Source: Candidatus Hadarchaeota archaeon (GTDB lineage: Archaea > Hadarchaeota > Hadarchaeia > Hadarchaeales > JAGGTB01). Taken from it: DNA of 64,000 nucleotides. A program made the translations under genes and the position numbers. Positions 59,589 to 64,000 of the stretch are shown piece by piece (positions within the stretch are counted from its first letter, which is position 1; each line of letters begins with the position of its first letter). The stretch lies in contig CAYLJV010000003.1 in assembly GCA_964384105.1 (NCBI GenBank), positions 32,001 to 96,000 of the forward strand, given 5' to 3'. Below the pieces are notes generated by a model. The model ran no database searches. It had not been told where the DNA came from and saw nothing but the letters and a program-made list of their open reading frames with translations.

Positions 59589-60071
59589 GTGCCAGAGAAA
59601 AGTAAACTGAAAAGAGTTTTAGTTCCGTATTCGGGTATGGGCCTTCCGGTTAATGCTTTGACAAAGGCTATTGAGAGTTTGGATGAGAAGGGGGAATTGT
59701 TTCTACTTCATGTTATTGATGAGGCTCCGGTGGTGGATTTGAGCTATCAGACGGGACAATCTGAATATAGTGAACTTATAAAAATATTTAGAGAGACTCA
59801 GAGAAAGGTTCAAAAAAATTATGCCAGAGAGGTCTCAAAGGAAATTAAAAAGGAAGGTTCAAAACACAAAATCACTGTGACACCACTTTATGCAATTGGT
59901 GATCCGGCGGAAGAGGTTTTGAAGATCGTAAGCGAATATTCCATCCAGCTTGTTGTTATTGAAAAGTTGAGGGATAGAATAGTTGAGATTTTCCACGGTG
60001 ATGAGATAAACTATTTGTGCGAAAGAGCTCCTTGCGAGGTCTTGCGTGTACCCGGTCGAAAAAAGGATTGA
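59589..60071 (+). CDS. Universal stress protein (Usp), paralog of 40441..40914
   Basis: 'VLVPY', 'LLHVID', 'GDPAEEVL', 'APCEVL'. Confidence 0.82.
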   Translation: MPEKSKLKRVLVPYSGMGLPVNALTKAIESLDEKGELFLLHVIDEAPVVDLSYQTGQSEYSELIKIFRETQRKVQKNYAREVSKEIKKEGSKHKITVTPLYAIGDPAEEVLKIVSEYSIQLVVIEKLRDRIVEIFHGDEINYLCERAPCEVLRVPGRKKD

Positions 60072-60148
60072 TTTTTTGGTCTAGAATAAGACCTTTTCGA
60101 TTCTTAACTGTTATATATCATTTATAAGAGTAGTATAATGGGGTTTTA

Positions 60149-60499
60149 TTGGCAATAAACTTGGATGAAGCAATATTAAATATTGTATTGAGTATCATCA
60201 TAGTATCCCCCGTTTTATGGATTTCGGGCCGTGCTTTGGTAGGTAAGAGAAGAGCGACTTTCGTTGATGCGATTTGGATCGTAGTATTGGGGACGATTAT
60301 AGGATCGATTATTGGCTACATCTTTGCAGGTGTTATCGCTTCTATTATCGTGCTTATTGTCTGGCTTGGGTTAGTCAAGCATTTTTTTGAGTGCGGATGG
60401 CTCAAGGCCCTGGCGATTTCGATATTGGCCGTGATTATATTCGTAGTGATTGCAGTAGTCCTGAGTATAATTGGCTTTGGTTTATGGGTCTGGATATAA
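60149..60499 (+). CDS. Small 4-TM membrane protein
   Basis: Highly hydrophobic; 'VKHFFECGWLKA'. Confidence 0.7.
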   Translation: MAINLDEAILNIVLSIIIVSPVLWISGRALVGKRRATFVDAIWIVVLGTIIGSIIGYIFAGVIASIIVLIVWLGLVKHFFECGWLKALAISILAVIIFVVIAVVLSIIGFGLWVWI

Positions 60500-60609
60500 C
60501 ATAGTTAATTTTGAGAGAATACCGAAGAAAAAGCCCATTACTTAGAAATAATGAGGATATTTTAGGAAATATTGCTTCTAATTGGATAACCTTTTTGAAT
60601 GATGAGTAG

Positions 60610-60774
60610 ATGAAGGGAAAACGGATGGTAGTCTTGTCACTTTTTATTAAGAAACCAATCAAGAAGAAGTTCAAATGCGAGTGCGGCGAAATCGTTTGTA
60701 TAGTGGATTCTGACGAACCACAGGAATACTGTCCCATATGTGGCAAAAAACTTTCAGATAACGGTAGCTGCTGA
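60610..60774 (+). CDS. Small zinc-ribbon protein (not in ORF track)
   Basis: ...KKKFKCECGEIVCIVDSDEPQEYCPICGKKL...; CxCG / CPxCG; start uncertain. Confidence 0.6.
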   Translation: MKGKRMVVLSLFIKKPIKKKFKCECGEIVCIVDSDEPQEYCPICGKKLSDNGSC

Positions 60775-60975
60775 AATTCGCAGGTATTTTTCTTTTAGAG
60801 GTTAGATCCTGTCTTTTAGCTAGTTGTATTATTTGGAAGTCGGATTTTGGCAATTAGGCAGTACTATGTGGTTTATCTGGAGTTTTACGAAGTTTGGTGT
60901 AACTAATCGAAATTTATTTTCTCTTCCAATTCAAAATAGAAACATTTTATTGATTTGGAAATAACTTTTTACCAC

Positions 60976-62163
60976 ATGCAGGATGTTTACGATAAGCCAA
61001 TAGCTGTTCTAGGAGGTGGAGCTGGTGGTCAGACAATGGCTGCAGATATCTCTTTGGCAGGTAATAGAGTTAGACTATATGAACTTCCTGAGTTTGAAGG
61101 AAGGATAAAAGAAGTTATGAAGAGTCAGAAAATCGAGATTGTTGGAGACGAAGCAAATGCCAAAAATTTTAGGAGAAATGGAGTAGCTGAAGTAGATTTG
61201 ATAACGTCTGATATGAGCGAAGCACTAGAGAATGTCGGATTGATAAATGTTGTTGTCCCCGCTCTTGGTCACGAGAAATTCTTTGATAAGATGATTCCTT
61301 ATCTGGAGGATGGACAGTTTATAAACATATTTCCGGATAATTATGGATCTTTGCTTTTGAAACACAAATTGGTTGAAGACGATATTGATGTTGATGTAAT
61401 AATCGGAGGGTGGTCCTCTTTACCCTATGCGACTCGGTCGAGGGGTATGGAGCCGGGGAGAGTCAATCTGGCGAATAGGACTGTTGAGCTCAGGGGGGAT
61501 ACTTTACCCAGCGAGGATTGGGGGAAGTTCCTTAAAATAATGAAGAATTTTCCGCCGTTGGATCCTACTAAGATCAAGAAAGGTGACACTGTACTCGATA
61601 TCGGGTTCAGCAATCCAAATCCCGCAGTTCATGTTCCAGGGTCTGTTCTCAATGTGGGACATATGGAGAATTATGGTAAGCCGGAGAAGATATACGGCGA
61701 CGAAGAATCAGATTATAGTCTTTACATACAGGGTACTTCCCCTTCCGTTTCGAAGTTAATGTGGGAGTTTTATAGGGAAGAGCGCAAAATTGCTGAAGCT
61801 ATCGGAATAGAAATCGAGGAGTGGAGGGAGGAGGACTTCATGTCTAAATCTAATATAATGTTAAAGCACTATATGGGAAGAGAATTCGAGATTCCTTTTG
61901 AGGACCGCGATTGGAGCTGGGTAGTGGGACCTCAAACTGTAGAGGATCGATACTTTATGGAGGATATAGCAGTTGGCACAAATATCTACTACGAACTTGC
62001 AGAGAATTTTGGTGTTTCGGCCCCTCTGATCGAGTCATTTATTAGAATTGGCTCTGCCATCTGCGGTCATGATTTTATGGAGGAGGGTAGATCTTTGAGT
62101 GATTTGGGTATTTCGAGTATGTCCAGAGAGCAACTTTTGAAGTATTTGAGAGAAGGAATCTAA
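60976..62163 (+). CDS. NAD(P)-dependent opine (octopine/nopaline) dehydrogenase family protein
   Basis: 'IAVLGGGAGG', 'LPYATR', 'NPNPAVH', 'RYFMED'. Confidence 0.85.
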   Translation: MQDVYDKPIAVLGGGAGGQTMAADISLAGNRVRLYELPEFEGRIKEVMKSQKIEIVGDEANAKNFRRNGVAEVDLITSDMSEALENVGLINVVVPALGHEKFFDKMIPYLEDGQFINIFPDNYGSLLLKHKLVEDDIDVDVIIGGWSSLPYATRSRGMEPGRVNLANRTVELRGDTLPSEDWGKFLKIMKNFPPLDPTKIKKGDTVLDIGFSNPNPAVHVPGSVLNVGHMENYGKPEKIYGDEESDYSLYIQGTSPSVSKLMWEFYREERKIAEAIGIEIEEWREEDFMSKSNIMLKHYMGREFEIPFEDRDWSWVVGPQTVEDRYFMEDIAVGTNIYYELAENFGVSAPLIESFIRIGSAICGHDFMEEGRSLSDLGISSMSREQLLKYLREGI

Positions 62164-62252
62164 TTATTTATTTAGTCAGTTCTCTTACTGACTCTTGGTT
62201 AGCTTGGAGAAATTTTTTGCATGATTAGTCATAATAGTTTTCTAAGAAGTTT

Positions 62253-64000
62253 ATGAGAGTTCTTTTTGTGGATGATGAACCTGAGCTTCTTGAGCAGGCT
62301 AAACTATTTTTAGAGAAAGATGACGACCTGCTTGAGATAAAAACGGCAACTTCTGCGGAGGAAGGTTTGGACCTCATTGAAGACGAGAGTTATGATGCCG
62401 TAGTTTCTGATTATCAAATGCCCGGCTTAAACGGTTTAGAATTTTTAAAGATCTTGAGAGGTGATATGGAGGTTGATCTTCCTTTTATTGTTTTTACTGG
62501 AAAGGGCCGGGAGGAGGTGGCTATGGAAGCATTAAATCTTGGAGCAGATCACTATTTACAAAAAAGGGGTTTTCCAGAGGCCCAGTACAAGGCGTTAGCT
62601 AATGTTGTAATTAAGGAGATAAAAAGGAAAAAGTCAGAGTCCGCTCTGCAGGAGAGTCAGAGGAGGTTATCTACCTTGTTGAAGAACCTTCCAGGTATGG
62701 CTTACCGCTGTAGGGTGGATGAGGATTGGACGATGTTATTCGTTAGTGAGGGTGGATATGAACTTACGGGTTATAGATCGGAGGATTTAGTGAATAACTC
62801 GAAAGTTTCTTATAAAGAATTGATTCACCCAGAAGATCGCGTTTATGTTAGAGATGAAATCCAGAAATCCATCCAAGAAAAAGAACCATTTCAGGTGGAG
62901 TATAGGATAGTAACAGCAAACGATGAAGAAAAATGGGTTTGGGAGCAAGGACGTAGAGTTCCATCAAGCGAATCTGGGAAAAATTTGCTGGAGGGGATAA
63001 TTATAGATGTGAGTGAACGCAAGAAAATTGAAAAAGATCTTTATTTCGAGAGTAATCTCCTGTCTTCACTTTTAAATTCAATTCCAGATTTTGTTTATTT
63101 CAAAGACAAGGAGGCTAGGTATATAAGGGTCAGTAAGGCTTACGCTGAATCTCTTGGATTAGATATAGAAGAAATAATGGGAAAGAACGTACTCGATCTT
63201 TATCCTGAGAATGAGGGGAGGAGGATGCATGAGGACGATATGAAGGTTATCGAGGAGGAGAAGGTTGTTGTCGATAAAGAGGATAGAATCACTCTTCCTA
63301 GTGGGGAGACACGGTGGATGTCTACTACTAAAACACCTCGATATGATTCGGAGGGAAATGTTATCGGTATGATGGGGATTTCGCGAGATGTTACTGATTT
63401 CAAGGAAATAGAAATGGACCTTGAAGAAGAGAGAGATTTTGTCAAAAAGTTTTTGGAGACATCACCAGTGTTTTTTGTTGCTATAGATCCTGAAAGGAAA
63501 GTTCGAATGATGAATAAAACTATGTTGAAGAGGTTGGGATATAGTGAGGAGGAGGTTATGGGAGAAGACTATGTTTCTGAATTTATTCCAGAGTCCGATC
63601 GGAGAGAATTGGAAAAGGTATTTGATAGGATAAAGGCTGGAAAAAAGACAATTAATGAAAATAAAGTTTTGACAAAAGAGGGTGAGGAAATTCTTATAGA
63701 GTGGCGGGGAAGGCCAATATTTGGGGAAAATGGAGAACTTGACTACTTTTTTGGTGTGGGAATCGATATAAACGATCGTAAAGAAGCTGAAAAAAGAGAA
63801 GAATTTTTACATTCCCTTCTGAGACACGATTTAAGAAATAAAAATCAAATCGCTGAGGGGTATCTGGAGCTCATAATGGACTATAATCTACCGGAAAAGG
63901 CGGAGGAATATCTGGGGAAAATTAACAGAGCCATTGAAGAAGGAATAGAACTCATTGAGAAAGTTAGAACTTTAAGACAGTTAAAAAATGAGGAAAATCC
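62253..64000 (+). CDS. Hybrid sensor kinase REC-PAS-PAS-PAS-HisKA (runs off the window end; not in ORF track)
   Basis: MRVLFVDDE..., 'SDYQMP', 'FTGKGREEVA'; PAS motifs 'LIHPED', 'YFKD', 'FFVAID'; 'LLRHDLRN' phospho-His box. Confidence 0.9.
   Translation, partial: MRVLFVDDEPELLEQAKLFLEKDDDLLEIKTATSAEEGLDLIEDESYDAVVSDYQMPGLNGLEFLKILRGDMEVDLPFIVFTGKGREEVAMEALNLGADHYLQKRGFPEAQYKALANVVIKEIKRKKSESALQESQRRLSTLLKNLPGMAYRCRVDEDWTMLFVSEGGYELTGYRSEDLVNNSKVSYKELIHPEDRVYVRDEIQKSIQEKEPFQVEYRIVTANDEEKWVWEQGRRVPSSESGKNLLEGIIIDVSERKKIEKDLYFESNLLSSLLNSIPDFVYFKDKEARYIRVSKAYAESLGLDIEEIMGKNVLDLYPENEGRRMHEDDMKVIEEEKVVVDKEDRITLPSGETRWMSTTKTPRYDSEGNVIGMMGISRDVTDFKEIEMDLEEERDFVKKFLETSPVFFVAIDPERKVRMMNKTMLKRLGYSEEEVMGEDYVSEFIPESDRRELEKVFDRIKAGKKTINENKVLTKEGEEILIEWRGRPIFGENGELDYFFGVGIDINDRKEAEKREEFLHSLLRHDLRNKNQIAEGYLELIMDYNLPEKAEEYLGKINRAIEEGIELIEKVRTLRQLKNEEN

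Noticed and set aside
63200-63445. 81-aa minus-strand ORF
   Set aside because: Antisense to the sensor kinase

Overview
Archaeal (euryarchaeal-type) chromosomal window. GGTGA/GGAGG Shine-Dalgarno sites, frequent TTG/GTG starts, acidic proteins, form III RuBisCO, DUF171-rpl3 linkage and a REC-PAS-HisKA kinase suggest an anaerobic, possibly halotolerant lineage such as MSBL1/Hadarchaeota; this is inference, not a database result. Core content: the S10/spc ribosomal superoperon (rpl3 to secY, then two DUF106 genes, cmk, cbf5), rps13-rps4-rps11-rpoD, tRNA-Ser(GGA), ftsZ, cdc48, a TFB paralog, FBP aldolase/phosphatase, ADP-forming acyl-CoA synthetase and a complete clustered AMP/RuBisCO pathway. 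Two accessory stretches. About 14.7-20.6 kb: ATP-cone/Mrr nuclease, free-standing LAGLIDADG, MNT-HEPN toxin-antitoxin, LOG protein, pilin-like operon. About 39.1-47 kb, after the tRNA: double Zn finger, PD-(D/E)xK-like protein, and three TasA/SipW-cognate secreted proteins. Best candidates for novelty: (1) the TasA-like fibre operon, with a duplicated structured 5' leader, a 4x12-bp repeat array and a divergent wHTH gene; (2) tandem Oxa1-family DUF106 insertase paralogs with YidC-like N-terminal extensions next to secY; (3) a His-less DHp-like domain fused to a degenerate ferritin-like domain; (4) an ATP-cone nuclease abutting the AMP/RuBisCO pathway. No CRISPR array, rRNA, transposase or integrase was seen. 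Several real ORFs missing from the supplied track were added: a desulforedoxin-like protein, rps14, two small proteins and the terminal kinase.
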